64,000 bases of DNA from a bacterium (GCA_965204535.1 CBDBEV010000001.1:192001-256000), one strand, 5' to 3'; shown: positions 9,071 through 18,434, counted from the stretch's first letter. Program-made: numbers and translations. The notes: generated from the letters alone by a model not told the origin.

Positions 9071-10285
9071 ATGTCAGAGAGACTTCCCGTTACTGTCCTG
9101 TCCGGCTTTCTCGGTGCAGGCAAGACCACTCTTCTAAACAACGTGCTCAAAAACCGCGAGGGCATGCGCGTCGCGGTCATCGTCAACGATATGAGCGAGG
9201 TCAACATCGACGCGGCGCTCGTTGAGCGCGGCGGTGCGGAACTCTCGCGGACCGAGGAGAAACTGGTCGAGATGTCGAACGGCTGCATCTGCTGCACGCT
9301 GCGAGACGACCTGCTCGCTGAGGTCTCACGGCTCGCGCAGGAGAAACGCTTCGACTACCTGCTCATCGAGTCCACCGGGATATCCGAGCCCATTCCCGTC
9401 GCGCAGACCTTCACCTTCGAGGACGAGAACGGTGTGAGCCTGGGGCAGGTATCGCGCCTCGACACGATGGTCACGATCGTGGACGCGGAGAGCTTCCTGC
9501 GGGACTACAACGCCGCCAACGCGCTCCAGGACCGCGGTGAGTCGCTGGGCGAAGATGATCACCGGACGGTGACCGACCTGCTCATCGACCAGATCGAGTT
9601 CGCCGACGTCATCGTGCTCAACAAGATCGATCTCGTGAGCAACGATCAGGCTCTCGAGGTCAAGGCTATCGTGAAAGCGCTCAACCCCGGCGCGAAGCTC
9701 CTCATGGCGACGCACGGACAGGTCCCGCTCGAATGCGTGCTCGACACGGGCCTGTTCGACTACGAGAAGGCGGAGAGCTCCGCCGGCTGGATTCGAGAGC
9801 TTCAGGGTGAGCACACGCCGGAGACCGAGGAGTACGGGATATCGAGCTTCACCTATCGGACGGCGCAGCCCTTCGACGCCGAGAAGCTGTGGGCGTTCCT
9901 GCACGACGACGAGAACTGGAGCGGCGTGCTCCGCTCAAAGGGCCTCTTCTGGGTCGCCGCTGACCACCGGATCGCCTACGAGTGGGCTCTGGCCGGCGGC
10001 GTCAGCGACGTGAAACCCGCCGGGATGTGGTGGGCGGCCGTGCCTCGCGAACACTGGGAGCACCCCGAGGATGAGCGACCTGACCAGGAGCCGGACTGGC
10101 ATCCCCGCTTCGGCGATCGCGTGCAGCAACTCGTCTTCATCGGCCAGCAGATGCACGAGGCGGCGATACGCGCCCGCCTCGACGCGTGCCTGCTCGACGA
10201 GCGCCTCGCCTCCGCTGGCAGCAAGGTCTGGGCAGAGCTCCGGAACCCGTTTCCGGAGCTTCTTATGGCCGAGGAGCCGGCATGA
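9071..10285 (+). CDS. COG0523/CobW-family zinc metallochaperone GTPase (ZigA/YciC-like)
   Basis: [51 protein letters not shown], CobW_C LVFIG. Confidence 0.92.
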   Translation: MSERLPVTVLSGFLGAGKTTLLNNVLKNREGMRVAVIVNDMSEVNIDAALVERGGAELSRTEEKLVEMSNGCICCTLRDDLLAEVSRLAQEKRFDYLLIESTGISEPIPVAQTFTFEDENGVSLGQVSRLDTMVTIVDAESFLRDYNAANALQDRGESLGEDDHRTVTDLLIDQIEFADVIVLNKIDLVSNDQALEVKAIVKALNPGAKLLMATHGQVPLECVLDTGLFDYEKAESSAGWIRELQGEHTPETEEYGISSFTYRTAQPFDAEKLWAFLHDDENWSGVLRSKGLFWVAADHRIAYEWALAGGVSDVKPAGMWWAAVPREHWEHPEDERPDQEPDWHPRFGDRVQQLVFIGQQMHEAAIRARLDACLLDERLASAGSKVWAELRNPFPELLMAEEPA

Positions 10286-10532
10286 CCGGAACTGCCTCGT
10301 CCGTTTTGGCGAAAGGGGCACCGGCATCTCGTGGCGCCTTTCGGTCATCCGTACTTCACGTGCGCACGTCCTGCAGGGCGCCCGGCTCTCCGCGTGAGCC
10401 GCACGAGAGAGTCGAGCCGGATTCAAATCTATCAAGAGCTTCGCGCGACGTTCCATGAGAGCCCATTGGGCCATCACGCGGACGTTCGACGTCCAAATTC
10501 CAATACCCGCACCTCTGCTCGAGGAGAACTAG

Positions 10533-11879
10533 ATGAACACGCCGCGAAAAGTACCTGTTTCCATCCTCACCGGTTTCCTCGGCTCTGGCAAGACGACCCT
10601 GCTCAACCGGATATTGAGTGAAGAGCACGGCAAGCGCATTGCCGTGATCGAGAACGAGTACGGAGAGGTCGGCATCGATCAGGCGCTCGTCATCAACGCT
10701 GACGAAGAGATCTTCGAGATGGCGAACGGCTGCATCTGTTGCACGGTGCGCGGAGACCTGATTCGCGTGCTCGGCAATCTCATGAAGCGCCGCGACAAGT
10801 TCGACTATGTGTTGGTGGAGACCACAGGGCTCGCCGATCCCGGCCCGGTCGCTCAGACCTTCTTCATGGACGACGAGATTCGCGCGGAGTTCGCGCTTGA
10901 CGGGATCGTCACGCTCGTCGATGCAGCCCACATCGAGCAACAGCTCGGCCGAAGCGACGAAAGCACCGAGCAAATCGCGTTCGCGGACGTCCTGTTGCTC
11001 AACAAGACGGACCTCGTCAACGGCGAGGCGCTCGACAGGCTCGAAGCCCGGCTCCGGGACATGAACCGAATGGCGCGCGTCGTGCGCAGCGAGCGGGCGG
11101 ACGTTTCGGTCGACACGGTCCTCAACCTCGGCGCCTTCGACCTGGACCAGGTGCTCGAGCGTCGTCCCACCTTCCTCGAGCCGGAGTATCCGTTCGAATG
11201 GACCGGAGTCTATTCGCTCGATACCGGCCGCTACGAACTCGACCTCGCCGATGGACCTGATCCGGCGATGTCGCTCGTCGTCGTGTCCGACCAGGGCACG
11301 GATGACGCTGCCCTCCGTGAGGGTGCGGAGTGGTGTGTGCGGCAGTACGCCGAACCTGCGGAGCTCATTCGCCCGGGGGAAGAGATTCCCCTCGGAAAGC
11401 ATGTGAATCTCCAGCTCGATTCCCCGGGGCGCAAGTCGTTCTTCCTGGAGGTCGACACGCAGGTGCGGGTTGCCCTCTACGCCGAGCACGGCGCGGAGGA
11501 GTTCGATCTCCAACTGAGGAACGCGGAAGGAGCGACAATCAGGCAGGAGGTGGAGCGCACCTGGGTCGCACAGCACGAGCACGACGACGAGGTGGGCTCG
11601 ATCGCGATCGAGAGGGACGGCGACGTCGACCCCAAAAAGCTCGACGCCTGGATTGGCGAACTGCTCCGTGAGCGCGGGGTGGACATCTTCCGAATGAAGG
11701 GCTTCATCAGCCTCGCGGGTGAGTCGCGTCGCTTCGTCTTCCAGGGGGTTCACATGCTCTTTGACGGCCAGCCGGATCGTCCATGGGGAGACTCGCCCCG
11801 GCGCAATCAGCTCGTCTTCATCGGCCGCGACCTCGATGAACAGAGCATGCGGCAGGGATTCGAGTCATGCCTGATTTGA
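10533..11879 (+). CDS. Second COG0523/CobW-family GTPase with an inserted domain
   Basis: GFLGSGKTT, ENEYGE, NGCICCTVR, ETTGLADP, NKTD; ~130 aa insert before CobW_C (FRMKG...QGVH...LVFIGR). Confidence 0.9.
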   Translation: MNTPRKVPVSILTGFLGSGKTTLLNRILSEEHGKRIAVIENEYGEVGIDQALVINADEEIFEMANGCICCTVRGDLIRVLGNLMKRRDKFDYVLVETTGLADPGPVAQTFFMDDEIRAEFALDGIVTLVDAAHIEQQLGRSDESTEQIAFADVLLLNKTDLVNGEALDRLEARLRDMNRMARVVRSERADVSVDTVLNLGAFDLDQVLERRPTFLEPEYPFEWTGVYSLDTGRYELDLADGPDPAMSLVVVSDQGTDDAALREGAEWCVRQYAEPAELIRPGEEIPLGKHVNLQLDSPGRKSFFLEVDTQVRVALYAEHGAEEFDLQLRNAEGATIRQEVERTWVAQHEHDDEVGSIAIERDGDVDPKKLDAWIGELLRERGVDIFRMKGFISLAGESRRFVFQGVHMLFDGQPDRPWGDSPRRNQLVFIGRDLDEQSMRQGFESCLI

Positions 11880-11900
11880 ATATCGACAGGAGGAGCCTGC

Positions 11901-13031
11901 ATGAGCGGCACCGAGAGCAGTGAAATCTTCTATGACGCAGTGATCGTCGGCGCCGGCGCCGCAGGCGTGGGCGCCGCGGTGGCTCTCAGGCATGCCGGCA
12001 TCGAGAACTTCGTAGTTCTCGATCGTCACACGGTCGGCGCATCGTTCGCCTCATGGCCGGCCGAGACTCGCTTTATCACGCCCTCGTACCCGACCAATTC
12101 GATTGGCATGCTCGATTTGAACTCGATCGCGATTGGAACTTCACCCGCGTTCAGTTTGGAGGTTGAGCATCCGACGGGTGAAGAGTACGCGATATATTTG
12201 CGTGCAGTCGCACATTTCTTTGAGTTACCCGTACGCCAGGATACCGACGTGATGCAGATAGCAAAGGTTGGCGACGGCTTTCGCATCGATACGGCCGACG
12301 GGACCTTGCAAGCCAAGCACGTCATCTGGGCCGCCGGCGAGTTCCAATACCCGCGCTTGAATGGGTTTGTCGGCAGCCAATTGTGTCGTCACACCGCGAC
12401 CATCGCCAGTTATGGAGAGCTTGACGGTGACGACTTCATCGTTGTGGGTGGCTACGAAAGTGGTGTCGACGTGGCCTACCACCTGGCGTACCGCGACAAA
12501 CGAGTGCGGTTGTTCGACAAGGATTGCCCGTGGGAGGAAGAGAGTTCCGATCCCAGTGTCGCGCTTTCCCCGTTTACGCTCGAACGGATGCGTGAAGACT
12601 GGTTTGTCGAGCAAGTGAAACTGTTTCCGCACACACCTATCGAATCGGTCACTCGCGTGGACGCCATGTATGAAGTCACGGCTCGAGACGGGCATCGGTT
12701 TGAAACCCGCGTGCCGCCGCTATGGGCGGGCGGATTCGAGGGGAGTCACAAGTTGGTCGCGGATTTGTTTGAACGACGCGACGATGGCTTTCCGCTTCTG
12801 AGCGAACACGATGAATCAACCATCGTACCGGGCGTATTTCTCTGCGGCCCCGCAGTTCGCCATGACAATTCCGTCTTCTGTTTTATCTACAAGTATCGAC
12901 AACGATTCGCCGTTGTCGCCAAAGCCATTGCGACCTCGTTGGGGCTGCCGGCGGAAGAGTTGGAAGAGTACCGCAAGTGGGGCATGTATCTCGATGACCT
13001 CTCCTATTGCGGGGAGGAGTGCGTATGTTGA
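11901..13031 (+). CDS. NAD(P)/FAD-dependent oxidoreductase (CzcO-like) with a Cys-rich C-terminus
   Basis: VGAGAAG FAD motif, WAAGEFQYP, VGGYESG, FCFIYKYRQRF, terminal DDLSYCGEECVC. Confidence 0.82.
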   Translation: MSGTESSEIFYDAVIVGAGAAGVGAAVALRHAGIENFVVLDRHTVGASFASWPAETRFITPSYPTNSIGMLDLNSIAIGTSPAFSLEVEHPTGEEYAIYLRAVAHFFELPVRQDTDVMQIAKVGDGFRIDTADGTLQAKHVIWAAGEFQYPRLNGFVGSQLCRHTATIASYGELDGDDFIVVGGYESGVDVAYHLAYRDKRVRLFDKDCPWEEESSDPSVALSPFTLERMREDWFVEQVKLFPHTPIESVTRVDAMYEVTARDGHRFETRVPPLWAGGFEGSHKLVADLFERRDDGFPLLSEHDESTIVPGVFLCGPAVRHDNSVFCFIYKYRQRFAVVAKAIATSLGLPAEELEEYRKWGMYLDDLSYCGEECVC

Positions 13032-13252
13032 CGGGAAACGACGAAGGGGCCGCCGCGTCTGGTGCGAGGCGAAGCCGACTGGCCAGGGTGCGGAGCATCG
13101 AATGGCTCGGACAAACGGTCGCCAGCGTTTGCTGGATTGGCAGCATGCTGACTTACGGGATCAGGTCCGGTGGGGATTGGTTGCAGTTGTTTGCTGCATC
13201 CGCATGGCTGTTGGCCAACATCGCAGCGATTGCGACTGCCAAGGCTGATTGA
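13025..13252 (+). CDS. Small membrane protein (about two TM helices)
   Basis: ATG overlaps the oxidoreductase end, RBS GGAGGAG; hydrophobic EWLGQTVASVCWIGSMLTYG and DWLQLFAASAWLLANIAAI. Confidence 0.65.
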   Translation: MLTGNDEGAAASGARRSRLARVRSIEWLGQTVASVCWIGSMLTYGIRSGGDWLQLFAASAWLLANIAAIATAKAD

Positions 13253-13253
13253 G

Positions 13254-14300
13254 ATGTCGGCAGCACTTCAAAATGTCGACGCCCCAAAGGGTGTTCTTCG
13301 CCGGGGCTGGTCTGCGGCGGTTGGCGACTACGCTATCGCCGGTGGCTGGAGCCTGCGTGGTGAGGCGCTGATGGTCGGTGACGCTGCGGGTGGCGTTTAC
13401 GCATTCGACGGCAAGTCTGGCGCGACCACCTGGGAGCGGCGCGGGGTTCATGAAGGCGGTGTGCTCGCGGTGGCGGTCCACCCAAGCGGAACCACGTTCG
13501 CTACGGCTGGCCAGGACGGACGAGTCCTTATCTGGGGTGTCGCCGAAGGTCAGGTACAACAGGCTATCGACATCGGGGGCGATTGGGTGGAGAACGTGGC
13601 GTGGTCGCCGGACGGCCAGTGGTTGGCGGCCTCCTGCTCCCGGCAGGTTCGCGCGTATGGCGTGGACGGCGCGGAGGTTTGGCGATCTGATGATCATCCC
13701 AGCACGGTCAGCGCGATCGCCTGGTCGAGCGCAGGGGAGCTGGCGACGGCCTGTTACGGTCGAGTGACGTTCTTCGACGCGCCCACCGGCGAGCTTCGCC
13801 AGATGCTGGAGTGGCGGGGATCCTTGGTGTCGATGGCGCTGAGCCCGGGCGGGGATATCGTGGCCTGCGGCAGCCAGGACAACACGGTGCACTTCTGGCG
13901 TCGCTCCACGGAGCGGGACGCCATGATGTCAGGATATTCCGCCAAGCCGTCGGCACTGGCTTTCGATGATACCGGCACCCTTTTGGCCACCGGCGGAGGG
14001 GAGGCGGTGACGGTCTGGAGCTTCGAGGGAGATGGTCCCGAAGGCACGCGGCCCGGTGTTCTGGAGTTTCATGTTCAACCCGTCACGACGCTTGCCTTCG
14101 CTCGCCGCGGGATGCGCCTGGCATCGGCGGCACGGGATGGCGCCGTGGTGGTGTGGTCGCTTGAGAGGGATGGAAATGGCCGTCCGATCGGGACCGCGGT
14201 TTTGGCGGGCATCGGGGCGAAACTGTACTGGCGGCCGGACGGGCGCGCGCTTGCCGCGCTCGACGCGCAGGGTGGCGTGACGGCTTGGCGGATAGGATGA
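13254..14300 (+). CDS. WD40-repeat beta-propeller protein
   Basis: Repeated blades: VAVHPSGTTFATAGQDGRVLIW, VAWSPDGQWLA, LSPGGDIVACGSQDNTVHFW, LASAARDGAVVVW. Confidence 0.88.
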   Translation: MSAALQNVDAPKGVLRRGWSAAVGDYAIAGGWSLRGEALMVGDAAGGVYAFDGKSGATTWERRGVHEGGVLAVAVHPSGTTFATAGQDGRVLIWGVAEGQVQQAIDIGGDWVENVAWSPDGQWLAASCSRQVRAYGVDGAEVWRSDDHPSTVSAIAWSSAGELATACYGRVTFFDAPTGELRQMLEWRGSLVSMALSPGGDIVACGSQDNTVHFWRRSTERDAMMSGYSAKPSALAFDDTGTLLATGGGEAVTVWSFEGDGPEGTRPGVLEFHVQPVTTLAFARRGMRLASAARDGAVVVWSLERDGNGRPIGTAVLAGIGAKLYWRPDGRALAALDAQGGVTAWRIG

Positions 14301-14316
14301 ACAAATGCCCGAATTG

Positions 14317-14392
14317 CCCGCCGGTGAGGACGCGTATTTCACCCTCTTGCGCAAACATGGCGAAATCATTAAGGATGTGCCTTTCAGGGTAA
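14317..14392 (+). pseudogene. Duplicated, frameshifted znuA C-terminal remnant (right direct repeat)
   Basis: Encodes PAGEDAYFTLLR, then +1 nt, then NMAKSLRMCLSG*, versus znuA PAGEDAYFTLLRNMAKSLNTCLSRK*. Confidence 0.85.
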
Positions 14393-14439
14393 TGATGCGG
14401 GAATGACGGGCAAAAGCGCGTTCCCCTCGCCTTGAAAAC

Positions 14440-14554
14440 CAACCCCCCCTACCCCCCCTTGTCAGGGGGGTATTAAAAGGCGACGCCCGCCGCCGCCGGT
14501 AGAGGGGTTTTTGTTTTTTCTTACCCCCCTGACAAGGGGGGGCAGGGGGGGTTG
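14440..14554. repeat. CAACCCCCCCTACCCCCCCTTGTCAGGGGGG inverted-repeat element
   Basis: Same arms as 4450-4560, 20114-20259 and 48100-48211. Confidence 0.85.
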
Positions 14555-14609
14555 CCTTTATCCCCTGACAAGGGAGCTATATCAACAGCCCCCCCACAGT
14601 CGCGTTTGA

Positions 14610-15911
14610 TTACAACTCGATCACGTCCATCGCCTCGGGCGTGAGGACTCGCGGGCCGTTCTCTTCCACGATCACCTGGGGGCCGAAGACGATGAACATC
14701 CTGTCCTCGTGTGCGGCCTTGATTTCAACGGCGAGGGACATGCCCGCCTCGACCTCGAAATCCGCCAGAAAGCCGTAGCGCTCACCCGCGAGTTCGCGCC
14801 ATTCGGGGTTCTCGGCCAGGCTTCCCTCCACGAAAGGCTCGCGCCAGGAGAATTTCCGGGGAATCTCGCCCGCGCATATCGTCGTCATGGGCGGCTCGAT
14901 GCCGTCGATCCCCACCCCGTGCACCTGGGGAATCTCGTGATAGTAGCCGCCCCTGAGCACCGCCTCGTTAGACGCGCGGTCCACCTCGCTCCACGGCGTG
15001 CCGGGCTTGAGCGCGTCGAGCGCGGCGTGGAGACTCTCGCGCACCGCCTCGCGCAGGGGTTTGTATTCCGCATCCATCGGGCCCAGCGACATCGAGGTGT
15101 GCGGATGGCTCCAGTAGCCCCCGTAGCGCGCGTAATAGCCGATGCACATCATGTCGCCCGTCCGCAGAATCCTGTCCGTAGGCCTTCTGTTCACCGGATA
15201 GCCCTTGCCCGAACACATGATGAGCCAGCTGTCCCGGCCCGGCTCCGCCCCCGCGCGCAGGCTCGCGCCGAACAGCGCCGCGTACACCTCGCTCTCCCGC
15301 ACGCCCGGGCGACAGCAGCCGAGCACGGCGTCTATCTCGATGTTCACCATCTCGGCGGCTTTTTCGAGCATCGCTATTTCTTCTGCGCTCTTTATCATGC
15401 GCAGGCGCGTGAGGATGTCCGAAGCGTCGGCGAACTCGGCATCCGGCAGAAGGCGCTTCAGGTTCTGATACGTCATGTAGGGGATCGATCCCTCAGAACC
15501 GTATCCCCCGCCGATCAGGCCGACGACGCCGATTCGCCCGCTCTCGTAACCCAGCTCCTTGACGGCGTCTGAGGCCACGATGCTCACCTTCCCCTCGTGC
15601 CCCCGGTAGCGCACCCCCTCGAAGCACGATTCGGTGTACCACTTGCCCCAGTTCTGCAGGAGCCAGAAGGTGACGGGCGCGCCCTTCCGGGGGAACACCA
15701 TGCTGCGCTCCCCGTAATCGCCCCCGTCGAGCCAGCGGGTGTCGCCGCTTCCGTTCGAGCCGCGCCCGATGACGATGAGGCAGTCGAGGCCGCGCGCATC
15801 CATGGCGGCGCGCACCGCGTTCCACCGCCTGTCGCGCTCCTCAGCAGAAAACGCAGCCGCCGCATCACCTGCCCGGCCGTCTCTGGGGAAAAACCTGGGG
15901 TCCGTTACCAT
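14610..15911 (-). CDS. M24/creatinase-fold hydrolase (Xaa-Pro peptidase family)
   Basis: Creatinase_N-like start (FSAEERDRRWNAVRAAM), RMIKSAEEI, RPGVRESEV, HGVGID; metal ligands partly substituted. Confidence 0.8.
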   Translation of the reverse strand: MVTDPRFFPRDGRAGDAAAAFSAEERDRRWNAVRAAMDARGLDCLIVIGRGSNGSGDTRWLDGGDYGERSMVFPRKGAPVTFWLLQNWGKWYTESCFEGVRYRGHEGKVSIVASDAVKELGYESGRIGVVGLIGGGYGSEGSIPYMTYQNLKRLLPDAEFADASDILTRLRMIKSAEEIAMLEKAAEMVNIEIDAVLGCCRPGVRESEVYAALFGASLRAGAEPGRDSWLIMCSGKGYPVNRRPTDRILRTGDMMCIGYYARYGGYWSHPHTSMSLGPMDAEYKPLREAVRESLHAALDALKPGTPWSEVDRASNEAVLRGGYYHEIPQVHGVGIDGIEPPMTTICAGEIPRKFSWREPFVEGSLAENPEWRELAGERYGFLADFEVEAGMSLAVEIKAAHEDRMFIVFGPQVIVEENGPRVLTPEAMDVIEL

Positions 15912-16084
15912 GGATATCTCCTGAAATTATCGAGATGAACTGGAATTATATACCTGAATTTATGATTTCTTCGAACAGCATCGCCAACCGGCGTGTGAGA
16001 AGAGAACCACTTCCCCTTGGAGGGTCAAACGCGATTGATGAATGAGCGTTTGCGCTTTTCATCCCCGCTCGGAATTGACCACCG

Positions 16085-16395
16085 CCGTCATTCCGGCGTC
16101 ACTGCCGCTCCTTTTGTAGGGGTCGCATATATGCGACCCGTTTTCCTGCACGGACGATGCGAACCGATGCAGGCGGACGGGACATACCAGTCGGAACATC
16201 CTCACCGGTCAGGACGCATGTATGCGTCCCCTACAAAAGAACATCCCCCCGTGGTTGCCCTTCACCCGTAGGGATAGGTCGCGACCTGTCCCTACAATTC
16301 CTCGCGCGTCAATCGCATTTCACCTGTAGGGGTCACATACATGCGACCCGGCCTTTTTCGCCGCCCGTCATGGGCCGCATATATGCGGCCCCTAC
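16085..16395. repeat. Cluster of GTAG-type REP-like palindromes
   Basis: TGTAGGGGTCGCATATATGCGACCC (16115), GGACGCATGTATGCGTCCCCTACA, CGTAGGGATAGGTCGCGACCTGTCCCTACA; the pair at 16325-16395 is near-identical to 38978-39049. Confidence 0.85.
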
Positions 16396-16575
16396 AAAAA
16401 ACCGCCTACTACCCGTTTACGTCGAACCTTCATTCATCGGGACTTTCTTCAACACCCCCCTCCAAAGGATCAATCCCACTCGAATCTCCCCCGCGCGACT
16501 GGACGCCGACGCGCGGAATCATTTAGCCTTTAACGTCATTTACCCTCACTATAACGAATGAACCGGCGCCGGAAA

Positions 16576-17709
16576 ATGAGTGAAGCGGAATTCGCCTGTA
16601 TCGACTGCGGGGAGAAATACCCCCCGAGTGAACCCCGCTGGCGATGCGCCTGCGGTGGACCCTTGGAGGTTACGCCGAACGCCATCTTCACCCGCGAATC
16701 CCTGGCCGCCCGTCCCGCCACCCTCTGGCGCTACCGGGAGGCGATTCCTATCGAGAAGGATGAGAACATCGTCTCCATGAACGAGGGGATGACGCCGCTC
16801 GTCCCCCTCGCTTTCTCGGGCGCGGAAATACATTGTAAGCTCGATTTCCTGTTCCCCACAGGCTCGTTCAAGGACCGCGGCGCCACCGTGCTCATGAGCA
16901 AGATGAAGGAATGGGGCCTCGCGCAGGTGCTCATGGACTCTTCGGGCAACGCCGCCGCCGCCGTCGCCGCCTACGCCGCGCGCGCCGGAATCGAGTGCGA
17001 CATCTACGCGCCCGCCTCCACCTCCGCAGCCAAGTGCGCGCAGATCACCGCCTATGGCGCGAATCTCCACAGAATCCCCGGCCCCCGGGCTGCATCCACC
17101 GCCGTCGCGGTGGAAGCGGCCAAGGAGCGCTTCTACGCCTCCCATTTCTGGAACCCCTGGTTCAACCACGGCACCAAGACCTGGGCGTTCGAGGTATGGG
17201 AGCAACTGGGCTTCCGTGCGCCCGACGCCGTCGTCGCCCCCGCCGGGCACGGCTCGGCGCTCATCGGCGCGTATTTGGGATTTTCGGAACTCCTCCGGGC
17301 GGGCTATATCGACGGACTCCCTAAAATCTTCGCGGCCCAGGCGGCAAACTGCGCGCCGATGGTGCGGATGTGGGAGGAGAACCTCGAAGCCGTCCCCGAG
17401 ATCGCGCCCGAGGACACGCTGGCGGAGGGCATCTCCATCGCCGCGCCCGTGCGCTGGAAGCAGATGCGAGACGCCGTCCGGGAGAGCGGGGGCTGTTTCG
17501 TCGCGGCCCAAGACGAAACCATCCCTCCCCTCCTCCGGGAGTTCGGCGAGAAGGGCGTCCTGATGGAGCCGACGAGCGCCGTCGCGTTCGCCGCGCTCGC
17601 TCTTTTGAAGGAACAAGGGAAGGTCAAGCCGTCTGAAACCGTAGTCGTTCCGGCCACGGGCCACGGTCTCAAGGCCGCCGACAAACTCGAAAAGATAATG
17701 AGCCTCTGA
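16576..17709 (+). CDS. Threonine synthase-like PLP enzyme
   Basis: N-terminal CxxC...CxCGG, EGMTPL, PTGSFKDRG (PLP Lys), DSSGNA, EPTSA, TGHGLK. Confidence 0.82.
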   Translation: MSEAEFACIDCGEKYPPSEPRWRCACGGPLEVTPNAIFTRESLAARPATLWRYREAIPIEKDENIVSMNEGMTPLVPLAFSGAEIHCKLDFLFPTGSFKDRGATVLMSKMKEWGLAQVLMDSSGNAAAAVAAYAARAGIECDIYAPASTSAAKCAQITAYGANLHRIPGPRAASTAVAVEAAKERFYASHFWNPWFNHGTKTWAFEVWEQLGFRAPDAVVAPAGHGSALIGAYLGFSELLRAGYIDGLPKIFAAQAANCAPMVRMWEENLEAVPEIAPEDTLAEGISIAAPVRWKQMRDAVRESGGCFVAAQDETIPPLLREFGEKGVLMEPTSAVAFAALALLKEQGKVKPSETVVVPATGHGLKAADKLEKIMSL

Positions 17710-18434
17710 TGGATTTTCGCCGCACCGAAAAGACATGGGGCGCCTATTTCCGCCAGGGGATGAAGCATTGCACCCAGGCGCCCGGCATCGGGCTTTTCGC
17801 CGCCATGTCGGGTTTCGGCGCGCTCGCGAAGGACAGCGGCGTCTCGCTCCTGATCGCGCTGGGCATGACGGGCGGCATGTGGAGCACGCCGGGCCAGGTG
17901 GCCTTCGTGGAGCTTTTCGCCGCCGGCGTCGGGGGCGTCGCGCTCATCGCCTCGGTCACCATCGCCAACGTGCGGATGTTCCCGCTCACCATCGCTACTA
18001 TGCCGCTCTTGAGAACCCGCCAGGGCGTTCAGCCCGTGCATTTCTGGATGGCCCACGTCAACTCGGTCACCTCCTTCGTCCAGGTCGTCGAGATGTGCCG
18101 CCACGTCCCGGAGAAAAACCTGCGCGCCGCCTATTTCTTCGGCTTCACGACCGCCTGCATGTCCATGGGGCTTCTCGGCACGGCGTTCGGCTACACGATG
18201 GCCGCCAAGATGCCCGGCCTCATCGCGCGCACGCTCATGCTCATCACGCCGCTCTTCATGCTGCTGCTGGCCGCCCAAAGCAGCCGGCGCGCGGTTCTGA
18301 TGTCGGTGGTCCTCGGCTGCGCCCTCGTGCCGGCGGGCTATCTCGTCTCCACCAACTGGGGGCTCCTCACGGGCGGCGTCCTGGCCGGAACGCTCGCGTT
18401 CGCTATCGGAAGAGCGAGGAAGAAGGATGCCTGA
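17709..18434 (+). CDS. AzlC-family branched-chain amino acid exporter subunit
   Basis: Multi-TM protein with FGALA, PGQV, ANVRMFP; followed by an AzlD-like gene. Confidence 0.75.
   Translation: MDFRRTEKTWGAYFRQGMKHCTQAPGIGLFAAMSGFGALAKDSGVSLLIALGMTGGMWSTPGQVAFVELFAAGVGGVALIASVTIANVRMFPLTIATMPLLRTRQGVQPVHFWMAHVNSVTSFVQVVEMCRHVPEKNLRAAYFFGFTTACMSMGLLGTAFGYTMAAKMPGLIARTLMLITPLFMLLLAAQSSRRAVLMSVVLGCALVPAGYLVSTNWGLLTGGVLAGTLAFAIGRARKKDA

Noticed and set aside
10282-10458. 58-aa ORF overlapping the first COG0523 stop (ATGA, with GAGGAG upstream)
   Set aside because: No recognisable motif and low-complexity composition; may be a remnant but cannot be supported without homology data.
16085-16395. 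Clustered palindromes as a CRISPR array
   Set aside because: Repeats are inverted doublets of mixed families with irregular spacing; no constant repeat-spacer period and no cas genes.
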